A stretch of 64,000 bases of DNA, taken from the NCBI GenBank assembly GCA_051546255.1, contig CP128818.1, positions 62,001-126,000 on the forward strand, in the 5' to 3' direction. Position 1 is the first letter of the stretch. The number at the start of each line of letters is the position of its first letter. Of this stretch, positions 21,014 through 31,394 are shown piece by piece. Source of the stretch: Meyerozyma guilliermondii. Its lineage: Eukaryota. The notes below the pieces were generated by a model, which worked only from the letters and a program-made list of their open reading frames with translations, ran no database searches and had not been told where the DNA came from. Both the position numbers and the translations under genes were made by a program.

Positions 21014-21976
21014 CTACCTTCTTCTAGGACCCTTGGGACGACTAATGCGCTTCACACCGCCAATTTCTCCTTCTTGTTTGCCCAGCAACGAGCTCACTTC
21101 GATCTCATCGACGTCTCCAGCATCAATGACTTTGTCTACCAGAACTATACCCTTGATGTGGTTGATCAAACCTTGCTTGTTGGAGGCATATATCATCCTT
21201 TCCTTCACTTTTGAACCAGAAGGGCAGCAGTAGATGAATGCAAAATTGGCATCCCCATACTTGTAGACAGCGTAGATTGGATGCGGATCTTTCAGAATAA
21301 TGGAGTCAAGGTGGCTGATCAATGACGATGTAGATACTTGCAGATTTGAATCTACCAAATTGACGGTTTCTTGGGCAATATCTATATCGAAAACCACAAG
21401 GTTTTTTTCGGCCAAATTTGCCAATTCCGCCTCAAGTTGCAGGCTCAATCGAAAGAGCAACATACTACCAGCTTTCAGGTTCTCCATTGGCACCATGCGA
21501 CCACGATCTAAAGTCTGGATGTTCGCAAGGTCATGAACATGTTTTTCATCCAGCGACAAAACAGCTTCTGTCTCATTTCCATGAACAAAATTCGAATGCG
21601 ACACCTCGCTGGGCTCCGTCCACGCAAAAGTGTGCTTGTTCTTAAAGTTACTGGTTCCCAATTGTGTCATCAACGTATTCTTCGTCGAAGCATAAAGCAT
21701 TTTTTCTCTAACCGGAGCCAGATCCGGGATGAAACTGATAAACCCATAAGTATCCTCATGGGGCACCACAATGTAAGCCGGACGAGGAAAAATCTCGTCG
21801 AGATAGCGATTTAGTTTGACAAAATTATCGGCTAAATCGGTACCGAAATTTGGAGCGTTGTCATCGGGGACTAGTTGCGTGTTGTCCTCGGACACCTTGA
21901 TCACAAGAGGACTGCTGATGTTTTTAAAGGCGTCCAAAAGACCCTCGGAGGCTACAATTCCCGATTTGGTAGACAT
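21014..21976 (-). CDS. TWF1: Twinfilin
   Basis: MSTKSGI start, two ADF-H domains (FISFIPD.APVREKMLYASTK; FIYCCPSGSKVKERMIYASNK), C-terminal RPKGPRR. Confidence 0.95.
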   Translation of the reverse strand: MSTKSGIVASEGLLDAFKNISSPLVIKVSEDNTQLVPDDNAPNFGTDLADNFVKLNRYLDEIFPRPAYIVVPHEDTYGFISFIPDLAPVREKMLYASTKNTLMTQLGTSNFKNKHTFAWTEPSEVSHSNFVHGNETEAVLSLDEKHVHDLANIQTLDRGRMVPMENLKAGSMLLFRLSLQLEAELANLAEKNLVVFDIDIAQETVNLVDSNLQVSTSSLISHLDSIILKDPHPIYAVYKYGDANFAFIYCCPSGSKVKERMIYASNKQGLINHIKGIVLVDKVIDAGDVDEIEVSSLLGKQEGEIGGVKRISRPKGPRRR

Positions 21977-22063
21977 GTATCGAAGTCCGGAGTGTTCGCG
22001 GTGTAAGGATTTCAAAGTTGGTGAGAGTGTTGTAGATCCACATGCAGGCCCATCTTCTTCAGT

Positions 22064-22627
22064 ATGATTCGGAGGTTCACCACTATTTCAAGGCAAAGCA
22101 ATCTTTTCGGAGGCAGGGTGATTGGCCAGAAATTGCAGGCTCCGTCCGGAAAGTCGCAAACAACCGCTAATCCGGTGGATATGATAAAGAAGAATGATAT
22201 TCTTATGTTCTCTCAAAAGCCGATGAACTATGTCGAATCGGTGAAAAAAAATGGGTTTCATTTGGCCAATAATCTCTTGATAACATCGCCCAATTCGAAG
22301 GGAGACATCGTGGGAACGCTTTTGTTGGAAACAGAGTCTTTTGAAGTGAACTTATCTAACGCATACAAAATTATTAATGGATTTATTGTTGAATTTGATG
22401 AAGAAATTCTTCAAATTTTCACAAAAGTCCACCCTAAACCCGAGTTACTTGTAGTGGGACTCGGGCACAAGTCGCGGATCCTCAGCGAAGCCAATCGAAA
22501 GTACTTGTCTTTTCTAGGAATGCAACTCGAAGTGAGCGACTCCAACATTGCGGCACAGAATTACGACTTGTTAGCTACAGAAAGACCAAATGTTATTGCT
22601 GCATTATTACTTCCGCCCAACGTGTGA
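22064..22627 (+). CDS. Mth938-domain protein, NDUFAF3-like mitochondrial complex I assembly factor
   Basis: Mitochondrial-type presequence; HPKPELLVVGLG and AAQNYDLLATERP..IAALLLP motifs. Confidence 0.8.
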   Translation: MIRRFTTISRQSNLFGGRVIGQKLQAPSGKSQTTANPVDMIKKNDILMFSQKPMNYVESVKKNGFHLANNLLITSPNSKGDIVGTLLLETESFEVNLSNAYKIINGFIVEFDEEILQIFTKVHPKPELLVVGLGHKSRILSEANRKYLSFLGMQLEVSDSNIAAQNYDLLATERPNVIAALLLPPNV

Positions 22628-22649
22628 GCACGAACACTCACTTTTTGGT

Positions 22650-24224
22650 TTAAGACTGCTTCTCATCGTACCGCATGGGCACGAGGATGGGCTGGCCATT
22701 GGCACCCATTACAGGCACCATCTGAGAGAAGTATTCGTCGTCTGGAGATGACTCGTTATTAGGTACCGGGTAATTTACCACGTTCTGGTGTTGTGGAGTG
22801 CTCATCATCATCACCATCGGTCCTTGTTGCATGTCGTGGTATGTAGGTGGCCTCGATCCCGCTGGTGGAGGGGGCATGTTGTGGTACCCTTGCATGACGT
22901 ATTGCCCATGGTTTGCTGGAGATGGCTTCTCAAACACCTTGTCGAGAAAATACTTGCCGTTGGGAGTGGTGGTGGATGCGTGTTGGCCGGCAATTTCAAA
23001 TGAGGTGTGGTCTGTGCTCGCGGAAAGATTGAGATGGCTGGTGTTCATCGAATTATTGACACTATTTTCCTTGGAGTCAGACATTCCAGGCTGGAGCGAT
23101 GCAGGTGGTGGAGGCTGGATAGGCCTCGCTTGGTGAATGACATGATTTTGTGGATACATGTACATTGGTTGCATGGGAGCGTTGTGCACGTCAGGGCTAT
23201 CGTCCCTTTTCTTCTTTTGCTTTTTCTTCTTGTTGCTCACTAGCGACTGGACGTCTGTAAATACAATTTGAAATTTGTTCATTCCCGCTTGCATCTGTGA
23301 TCGATTTTTCATCACCTTATTCTTTTGTAGCGGAGGCCGGTAATCAGGTCGCTTGGTTTTCTCGGAAAATACTCCCATACGAGGCTTCAAGCTCTCGTCA
23401 ATCGCTGTCTTTTGAGGCGTAGGACTGGCTGGAACCGTCTTTTGGCGTTTTTCTGAAGCTGGTGGAGAACGCACCGCACTCGACATGATGAGAGTAGAAG
23501 GAGACGAAACTGGCGCTGGCGCTTTCGGGGTCTCGACCAAACGTTTACTGGGAGTGGTTGTGTCTGTGTTGGTGTTCTGAGCATTGAAAACCGTTTTGTT
23601 CGTTTCCTTCAATGGAGGCCGAGACGGGGTCTCTTTGGCCAAGTCTTTGATGACGACACTGGAGTGGCGTTGCGGAGTGTCGAGCTCTGTGATGGACCGC
23701 TTCTGGGCGCTACGAGGGTCGTGGAATATCGACTGTTTAAACGTCTTTTTGTCGCTTCCAAATTTGAATTTGGATGGAGTAATCGTTCCCACGTCTTTGA
23801 ACGGGGTCAGTTTGATGGGAGTATCGATGAAAAAATCCGTGAGATGAAGAGATTTGTCGTAAAAGGGTGTCATGCTAGGAGCGCCGGCGCTATTAGTGTT
23901 GGAATTGGCATAAACATTTAGGTTGTGGGTGAGAAATGGCGTCAAATTGAGCCCCAGTCCGTAGTCTCCATCGGCCCCCAGGTTGGCAAGAACACCGTTA
24001 ATGAGTTTTGATGTGGGTGTGGAGCTGTACGAGATCACCTGGTCGTTGTAGATGGTTCTAGCAATAAATGGTGAATATCCGCTGATGTTGGAAGGAAGTT
24101 GTTTTGTAGCAGAAGGCGGAGGAAGCACCCTTGTAGACTTTTCTTTGTCATTCCCCAGTCTTCCGTCGTTGTAGAGCTCCGGATCGATGTGCCGAGAAGG
24201 CGACGAGTTTAAAAAATCCGACAT
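22650..24224 (-). CDS. S/T-P-rich disordered protein, Ndd1-like G2/M coactivator candidate
   Basis: Many SP/TP sites; colinear motifs SSPSTLIMSS, PASPTP, PRMGVF, KFQIVF resemble S. cerevisiae Ndd1 as recalled; first ATG at 24224. Confidence 0.6.
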   Translation of the reverse strand: MSDFLNSSPSRHIDPELYNDGRLGNDKEKSTRVLPPPSATKQLPSNISGYSPFIARTIYNDQVISYSSTPTSKLINGVLANLGADGDYGLGLNLTPFLTHNLNVYANSNTNSAGAPSMTPFYDKSLHLTDFFIDTPIKLTPFKDVGTITPSKFKFGSDKKTFKQSIFHDPRSAQKRSITELDTPQRHSSVVIKDLAKETPSRPPLKETNKTVFNAQNTNTDTTTPSKRLVETPKAPAPVSSPSTLIMSSAVRSPPASEKRQKTVPASPTPQKTAIDESLKPRMGVFSEKTKRPDYRPPLQKNKVMKNRSQMQAGMNKFQIVFTDVQSLVSNKKKKQKKKRDDSPDVHNAPMQPMYMYPQNHVIHQARPIQPPPPASLQPGMSDSKENSVNNSMNTSHLNLSASTDHTSFEIAGQHASTTTPNGKYFLDKVFEKPSPANHGQYVMQGYHNMPPPPAGSRPPTYHDMQQGPMVMMMSTPQHQNVVNYPVPNNESSPDDEYFSQMVPVMGANGQPILVPMRYDEKQS

Positions 24225-24638
24225 GGGCGGTAAAAGCAATTGGAGACGTTTTAAGGGTGGATTATATGAAAGGAAGAAAACACCGGAAAAACACGGCTAT
24301 GCAAACAAATAAGCAAATAAGCAATGACTTGTGGAAAACGAGGGAATAGATCAGTATATGTTTTTTTAAAGAAGAAAATAGTCAACTATATTCATCAATA
24401 GCGATTGTTGAGGATCGAAGCTTTGTTTACAAAAACTGGGCGGTACCATCTCTCCTGCATGCAGAAATTCGCGTTTTGTGTCACCGGGACTATTCCGCGC
24501 AGCGCAGTGACACTAGGTGTGTTCCCCCGCGCGGTGCATAATAATGCATCAAAATATTGCATCTCAATGCTTCACTTACAGATTGATTACAGATTGACAC
24601 AGATTGACAACGATTAAAACAAAACTAGTAGTACATAC

Positions 24639-25562
24639 CTAAGCGGCAACCTTGGCATCGTTCTCCCATTCCTGCTCGGTCACGTGCATGTTTTCGGTGT
24701 CCTCAGCCAAATCATCGGCGTCGTAATCGTCATGGGCAGCCAATGACAATGTTGGTCTCACCACGGCGGAGTCAAAAGTCCATGAAGCCAATGCGTTTTC
24801 GGCGTCAATGATGATTTGCTTAGAAGCTTCATAACCATCGTAGGCAGGACGGGTTTCACCAGGAGTGACTGGGGATTCGTCCAACAATTCCAACAATGCC
24901 TTTCCGTAACCAGCAATCAAGGCGATTTTTTCAGCGTGCTCGCGAATCGAGTCAAATTGGTAATTGAAAGCAGTCTTCAATTTTTCACGAGTAATGTTGG
25001 ACAATTGAGCCTCGGCAACCAACGACTCGGCCTCGGCACGGACCAATTCCTGTTCCAACACGTTAATCTTGGGAGATTGAGGATCCTTGTATTTCAAGTA
25101 AGCAATTTGGTCGGTGATTTTTTGCTTTCTGTCACGCGAAGGTTGAACACTGCCCTCAATATCTCTAATGGACTTGATGGTGATACGGTATTGGTCGTAT
25201 CTGTCGATGAATTGGTCTTCCAACTCACCAATCTCGTAGATAAGAACTCCCAATTTGTCAGTAATATCGGAAATATCATCATCATTTCCCTCACCCCAAA
25301 GTGACAATTGCTTAGCAACATCCTTACGTTCACCCGAAGTAATCTCAATAGATCTCATCAAGTTTTTCTCCATCTTGACCAACTGAGCCAACTTTCTAGC
25401 CAATTCTGGTCCCATGGCACCAGCAGCCGACTTTCTCAAGTTGTGAGAAAGAGACCCTTTACCAAAAAACCGGGATTTGGTGGACGAAGGAGGAGGAGGA
25501 GGCAGCTGCAATTGAGCGGCGGTAGGAGCCCTCTGGGATCTCAAAGAATACGTTCTGTGCAT
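24639..25562 (-). CDS. PIL1: Eisosome BAR protein Pil1 (Pil1/Lsp1 family)
   Basis: MHRTYSLR...PPPPPSSTK, SIRDIEGSVQPSRDRK, LEQELVRAEAESLVAEAQLSN. Confidence 0.9.
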   Translation of the reverse strand: MHRTYSLRSQRAPTAAQLQLPPPPPSSTKSRFFGKGSLSHNLRKSAAGAMGPELARKLAQLVKMEKNLMRSIEITSGERKDVAKQLSLWGEGNDDDISDITDKLGVLIYEIGELEDQFIDRYDQYRITIKSIRDIEGSVQPSRDRKQKITDQIAYLKYKDPQSPKINVLEQELVRAEAESLVAEAQLSNITREKLKTAFNYQFDSIREHAEKIALIAGYGKALLELLDESPVTPGETRPAYDGYEASKQIIIDAENALASWTFDSAVVRPTLSLAAHDDYDADDLAEDTENMHVTEQEWENDAKVAA

Positions 25563-26030
25563 AGCGATTGGTTTTTTTTGCGGAGATTAAGTTTGCTGTA
25601 CAATTCGAGACGAAGTGGTGCCAAAAATGTCGCCCCTTAAATGTGGGCGGGACGGGGGTCACACCCCCCGGGTGGCTGGCTGCTGGCCTTGCGACGCGCG
25701 TTATCTAAGCAGCGCCGGGCTGAGGTGGAATTCTTACATCAGCGGTTCCGTTTGCGGAAGGTTGTAAACATGGGACAATTGAGCTTAAAGTTGCAAACGT
25801 GCAGACAGCAGCATGACAGCAGCATGGATAAATTATGCAGTAAAATGTAGTAGGCTTGCAGCAGCATTATTGGACCGGCTGAACCCATGCATAACTTGGA
25901 CGCCATCTCCATAGTTAATATGCACGGCTTAACGGCGATACGACCACCTCCATCGCGGTGCACTGGGTGTCCATATCGGACAAAAAAACCATATCGGGCT
26001 TAATTTTCAAGATCAAAAGAAGAAGCTAAA

Positions 26031-26699
26031 ATGTTGCACTGGTACAGTCTGCTTTTCAAAAAGCACCCATTCAAAGCCAACATGACGTCTACCGGTATTT
26101 TTTTTGGTACTGGAGATGCCTTGGCACAGTTATTATTTCCTCATAAAGACGGCGATGAGTCAGAATTTAACTTTCAGCGTACTTTACGAGCCATGATCTA
26201 TGGATCTTGCTTCTTTGCACCGATGGGAGTTTTATGGTATGGCCGCAAGCTTCCACTGTTAAAAAACCCATTTTTATCAGCAACTCATCGCCAGCAATGG
26301 CTGCAAAAGAAAGTTAATGCGGCTGATATTTTATACCGAGTTGGTTTGGACCAACTTTTTGTTCCAGCTTTGGTGTGGATACCCATGTACAACATTGTGA
26401 TGACTACTCTTGCAATGCATGAACACCCGTTGGAAGTTGCTGCGGAAAAATTGCGTAACAATTGGTGGAATGTACTCAAGGCTAATTGGACTGTATGGCC
26501 TATTTTTCAATTGGCAAGTTTTACATTGATTCCCGTTCACCTTCGAATCGTGTGTGCCAACGTGTGGTCTGTGGGATGGAATTGTTTCCTAAGTTTTGCC
26601 CACAATACTCCTGGTCATGGAAAAGGAAGCGGCCATGTCATTGAGGAGTTGGTGGATATAGAGGATTCAGAACAGGAACAAACCATGGTTTATTCGTGA
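26031..26699 (+). CDS. SYM1: Mpv17/PMP22 family membrane protein (Sym1 paralog 1)
   Basis: GDALAQ, RTLRAMIYG, DQL, W..LKANWTVWP..Q...F..IP...R....N.....WN.FLS. Confidence 0.85.
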   Translation: MLHWYSLLFKKHPFKANMTSTGIFFGTGDALAQLLFPHKDGDESEFNFQRTLRAMIYGSCFFAPMGVLWYGRKLPLLKNPFLSATHRQQWLQKKVNAADILYRVGLDQLFVPALVWIPMYNIVMTTLAMHEHPLEVAAEKLRNNWWNVLKANWTVWPIFQLASFTLIPVHLRIVCANVWSVGWNCFLSFAHNTPGHGKGSGHVIEELVDIEDSEQEQTMVYS

Positions 26700-27215
26700 G
26701 GATATGATAGATTATAGAATAGAGTGATATCAAGTGTATGAGTGTATTGAGGTGAAGTGTACTTAATTGTATGAATGGTATTGGACAGTATTGGAGTGTG
26801 AACTGTCGAACTGTAACGGTTGCGAATTTATGAATTGTTGAAAGTGAATTCGTAAAGATTGAACTGTAAATTGTATGGATTGCTGATTATTAGTCTTTTC
26901 CTGTACAGTTTTAAAGTTCGATCAGTTGGAATTGTAAATTTGTTTGAATTGCTAAAAGGTTGCAAAATGCAAAGTTTAATTCAACGGCTGAATTTAACTG
27001 TGATTGGTAAATTATTATTCGAAAATCAAAATGTATAGAATAAATTCAAATACTAGCAATTTAGTTGTGTTTCAAGCTGACAAAACGCATCCGACTAATC
27101 TCCTGACTCTTTTCAAGTGCAATATTGTTAATCTTAGTGGTGTCTGTATGGTCTAATCTCCTGCATGCAGTCGTATATGTGCGTCGCGATCTCGGACTTG
27201 CTCCGTTTTTCGAGC

Positions 27216-27815
27216 ATGTACTCGGCCTATAAAAACCTCCTTAGAACAAGACCCCTTACAACCAATTGCATTACTACTGGATTTCTATTTGCTACAGGTG
27301 ACATTCTTGCACAAACTCAATTCTCCCATACTGATGACAACTCAAAACCACCATTTGATTTTAACAGAACTTTGCGGGCAACCATTTACGGAAGCATCAT
27401 ATTTGCACCAATTGGCGACCGATGGTATAAGACCCTAGCCAAAATCAAAGCACCCAGATCAATCTCCAACTCCAAAACAGACACTTTGGCAAGAGTGATG
27501 GCGGATCAGTTGGGATTTGCTCCTTTTCTAGGAGTTCCCTTGTACTACTCGGCAATGACATTTCTTGAAATGCGACCAAACCCAGCCAAGGAAGCCATTG
27601 AAAGGGTGGAGAATAACTGGTGGTCCACGCTTAAAGTTAATTGGTGCGTTTGGCCTGTTTTTCAACTATTTAACTTTGGGTTGGTTCCTGTTCAGTTCCA
27701 CTTGCTCACAGTGAATGTAATTAGTATCGGTTGGAACTGTTATATTAGCATGCTCAATGCACGCCATGGAAAGATCGCGGGTGTTCCATTGGAAGAGGAG
27801 CAGGTGATGATGTGA
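27216..27815 (+). CDS. SYM1: Mpv17/PMP22 family membrane protein (Sym1 paralog 2)
   Basis: GDILAQ, RTLRATIYG, DQLGFAP, NWCVWPVFQLFNFGLVP, WNCYIS; likely ATG at 27216. Confidence 0.88.
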   Translation: MYSAYKNLLRTRPLTTNCITTGFLFATGDILAQTQFSHTDDNSKPPFDFNRTLRATIYGSIIFAPIGDRWYKTLAKIKAPRSISNSKTDTLARVMADQLGFAPFLGVPLYYSAMTFLEMRPNPAKEAIERVENNWWSTLKVNWCVWPVFQLFNFGLVPVQFHLLTVNVISIGWNCYISMLNARHGKIAGVPLEEEQVMM

Positions 27816-27920
27816 TCAGAAGGACCAACAATAAAACCAAAATTATTCAACTGAATAATTTGTCAAAGATCAAAAATCATTAAAAGTTAAGAATTGGAAA
27901 TAATCACTAAAAAAATAGGG

Positions 27921-27992
27921 ACAATTGACCACATTGACCACATAGGCCAGAAGCACAGAAGCACAATTGACACAATTGACCAGAAGCACAGA
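27921..27992. repeat. Degenerate short repeats (ACAATTGACC / CAGAAGCA)
   Basis: acaattgaccacattgacc...cagaagcacagaagcacaattgacacaattgaccagaagcacag. Confidence 0.6.
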
Positions 27993-28684
27993 TCACCATT
28001 ACGTACATATTCTTATCTGATTACTTCATTTGCTCGTCTATCTTACATACACAAAACAACGGTTCATTCAAATTTCCAAATTCCAAACTATACATTACAA
28101 TTGACCCTTTTTCAGAATTATTTTTTTCCACTTTACTCTCAGCTTCTCCATATTCTCCCTCTCTCACCTAGCTCTGTCTCCACCACCTCCCGTCCTGCAT
28201 GCCACTCGTGTCGTGCGCGCGCAAACGGTGATCAAATTCCACAATACTCAAAACAACGTCCATAGTACTGTAGCCTGATCTATTCACTGCAGACTGGTTT
28301 TAACACTCCATTGACACCCCAAGTGTGCTCCAACAGCATACAGCTGGTCTAGTACAAAACTATCAATTTTCAACTATCATAGTTGTCGACCTTTTTTCGT
28401 GTCGTTTTCTGGACCCGATATAAACGCCAGAATCTGCCCGATTGAGCTCAACTAATTGTTGCTCACCCAACTGAACCAAGCACTAAACAAAAGCACGTCT
28501 CCGATTGAGCTGGTGTTGATTAAAAGTGCCATATTTGTCGACTTTGACTCTTGCTGTGGTGTGTTTCGGCTCCTAATTAGCCCCACATTTGCTCAACAAT
28601 CCGAACAAACAGTCACTGCACCAACTCCCGATAAAAATTCACTCGTGGTCCCTATAACCACCCCCATCACTCATACCGCCCATC

Positions 28685-30877
28685 ATGATGAAAGGCTTCA
28701 AGAACCGCCTTTCCCGCGGTAAGGGACAATCTTCCAAGAAATCAGACAAAAAAGAATCCAAAGACAAATTGGAGAAAAAGTCGTCTTCGTCATCGTTGGC
28801 TTCGACTACTTCGTCTCAGAACCAGAAACCAACGTCGGGAACAAATTCGGCATCTCCCTCGCCGTCTCGGAACGATAGCTCCAGTTCCATCAAGTCGCTA
28901 GACTCCGGGTCGGGTCGAAACACTCCCACCAACCAGGGAACGGATCGCGCTGCCTTGGCAGACCGCACACCAACGCAACTGCCAGGCCAGGAATCTCCAA
29001 AGATTGTTATCGACAACCCTAGTACTACAACGCATATTAACCCCGTTACACCAACCCCAACGTCTCCAACCACAAATGTGAATTATACGGCATCTCCTCC
29101 TTCCAGCATGGTTGGCGAAACTCTCAAGCCTGCCCCGGGCCACGCCGTCCATTCCCAGGCTCACTCTCCTCTACATGGACTTCAATTGAATCCTAACATT
29201 GCATCTCCAAATAGGGAAAACTTTGACATCGATTTGATTGTCACCCCCAAGAGACACTCCTCGTCGCGATTCGAGCCTTCGTCCTCCGACCGTTATCAAG
29301 AGATAACAAAACTTCCTGGTTTCGAGGAGGTTTTACCTGAAGAACAAATCAAGTTGTTCATCCAGAAGATTGACCAATGTAACATCATGTTTGATTTCGG
29401 AGACCCAACACATGACATTAGAGGTAAGGAAATCAAGCGTATTACTTTGCAAGAACTCATTCAGTTTATACTGAACAATCGATTCACATACACCGAGGAA
29501 ATGTATAAGCATGTGGTAACAATGTTCAGAAACAATCTTTTCCGCCCAATTCCTCCCCCAGTTAACCCTGTGGGTGAGTTGTTCGATCCTGATGAAGACG
29601 AGCCCGTAAATGAACTTGCATGGCCCCACATGCAAGCTGTGTACGAATTCTTTTTACGCTTCATCGAGTCACCCGACTTTTCTCATCAGGTTGCCAAACA
29701 ATATATCGACCATGAATTCATACTGAGAATTCTTGAGTTATTCGATAGCGAAGATCCTAGAGAAAGAGATTGCTTAAAAACAACGCTCCATAGAATTTAT
29801 GGCAAGTTTTTGAGCTTGAGGTCGTACATCCGCAAGTCGATAAACAACGTTTTCCTTCAGTTTGTCTATGAGACTGAACGTTTCAATGGTATTGGTGAAC
29901 TTCTTGAGATTTTGGGCTCCATCATTAACGGATTTGCATTGCCTTTAAAAGAGGAACACAAGATTTTCCTCGTGCGGGTGTTGATGCCGTTACACAAAGT
30001 CAAGTGCCTTTCGTTGTATCATCCGCAATTGGCCTATTGTATAGTTCAATTTTTGGAGAAAGACCCATCGTTGACCGAGGATGTGATCATGGGACTCTTG
30101 CGTTTCTGGCCCAAGATCAACTCGCCCAAAGAAGTGATGTTCTTGAACGAAATTGAAGACATCTTTGAAGTCATGGAGCCAAGTGAATTCCTCAAGATTC
30201 AGATTCCCTTGTTTGCCCAGCTTCTGAAGTGTATTGCCTCGCCTCATTTCCAGGTCAGCGAGAAAGTATTGTGTTACTGGTCTAACGAGTATTTTTTGAC
30301 ATTGATAACGGAGAACGCCGAGGTTGTGCTTCCTATTGTATTTGCAGCTCTCTACGAATTGACAAATGCCACCCAACCGGGTATTGCTACCGGTGCTATG
30401 CAACAGAAATTGTTGGAGAATCCCGATGCAACCACCGATGCCAATGGAAATCTCATTGATCGTGGATTGATATTGAGCGATATTAGCCACACTTCAATGG
30501 AACGCCATCATCATTTGCTGGACCCAATGGGAGCATCCATGAGAGGGATCTCGGACGAAGAGTACTATGATTCATTTTCGTCACCAGATCAAGCTGGTAA
30601 TCTTGAGGATGAGTTTGGAGCTACAGGTCTGCTTCCACACAACTCCGCCACCTCCAACTGGAATAGGAGTATCCATCTGTTGGCATTTGGAGCGTTGAAG
30701 GTGTTTATGGACCATAATCCAATTCTTTACGACCATTGCACCATGTTATATCATCAATCATTGGAGGAACAGAAAGCCAGAGAAGCCGCCAGGAAAGAAG
30801 GGTGGAAACGCATCGAGGAGTATGTGAAGAACCTCAAGCTTCAACAGGAAGTCAGGGATACCCCAATGGCGACGTAG
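28685..30877 (+). CDS. RTS1: PP2A B56 (B') regulatory subunit
   Basis: [18 protein letters not shown]...[38 protein letters not shown]. Confidence 0.96.
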   Translation: MMKGFKNRLSRGKGQSSKKSDKKESKDKLEKKSSSSSLASTTSSQNQKPTSGTNSASPSPSRNDSSSSIKSLDSGSGRNTPTNQGTDRAALADRTPTQLPGQESPKIVIDNPSTTTHINPVTPTPTSPTTNVNYTASPPSSMVGETLKPAPGHAVHSQAHSPLHGLQLNPNIASPNRENFDIDLIVTPKRHSSSRFEPSSSDRYQEITKLPGFEEVLPEEQIKLFIQKIDQCNIMFDFGDPTHDIRGKEIKRITLQELIQFILNNRFTYTEEMYKHVVTMFRNNLFRPIPPPVNPVGELFDPDEDEPVNELAWPHMQAVYEFFLRFIESPDFSHQVAKQYIDHEFILRILELFDSEDPRERDCLKTTLHRIYGKFLSLRSYIRKSINNVFLQFVYETERFNGIGELLEILGSIINGFALPLKEEHKIFLVRVLMPLHKVKCLSLYHPQLAYCIVQFLEKDPSLTEDVIMGLLRFWPKINSPKEVMFLNEIEDIFEVMEPSEFLKIQIPLFAQLLKCIASPHFQVSEKVLCYWSNEYFLTLITENAEVVLPIVFAALYELTNATQPGIATGAMQQKLLENPDATTDANGNLIDRGLILSDISHTSMERHHHLLDPMGASMRGISDEEYYDSFSSPDQAGNLEDEFGATGLLPHNSATSNWNRSIHLLAFGALKVFMDHNPILYDHCTMLYHQSLEEQKAREAARKEGWKRIEEYVKNLKLQQEVRDTPMAT

Positions 30878-31006
30878 ACTTTTTGGTGTTGCATTAGTTT
30901 ATAAGAAACAAGAGGCTTTATCTAGTGGTGCATCGATGTAAAATCCGACACTATAAAAATATCGTGAGACTTGAAATTTTCAAGCATTCTATATTTTAGT
31001 ATGTGC

Positions 31007-31076
31007 GACAAATGATGAATCTTAGCCTATGACTGATTTTCATGAAGAACAGTAAAAGAACCGCTACACTGATGTC
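31007..31076 (+). ncRNA. snR50: Box C/D snoRNA, snR50-like (guide for 25S rRNA Gm867-equivalent)
   Basis: Terminal stem GACA/TGTC; C box ATGATGA 31012-31018; D' CTGA 31033-31036; C' ATGAAGA 31042-31048; D CTGA 31069-31072. Guide AGAACCGCTAC is complementary to 25S GUAGCGGUUCU, with D+5 on a G. TATAAA lies near 30952. Confidence 0.85.
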
Positions 31077-31394
31077 CTCATGCTACTCACAATGCTATCT
31101 AGGTAGATTGTAAATTGGTAAAGTCACAAGTCCTGCAGGTAAGACTCTCCGAGGAGCTCCTCGGACCAGTTTCTGTGGTTTCTTATCGTAGCTAGCACAT
31201 TCAAAGAGCCCTTTTTAGTGGCATCTTATCACCAGCAGCCAGTAATTCACCTCTCCGAGCACTATACGGGCATCTTCATCGCCCCAACGTAAGCTGGTGG
31301 GTGGATGTAAAATTTTCCCAGATTATAAATTAGCCTCATCTCGCATCTTTTTTTTTTGGCAAAGGCTGCCCATTTGCATACCCAGAACATTATT

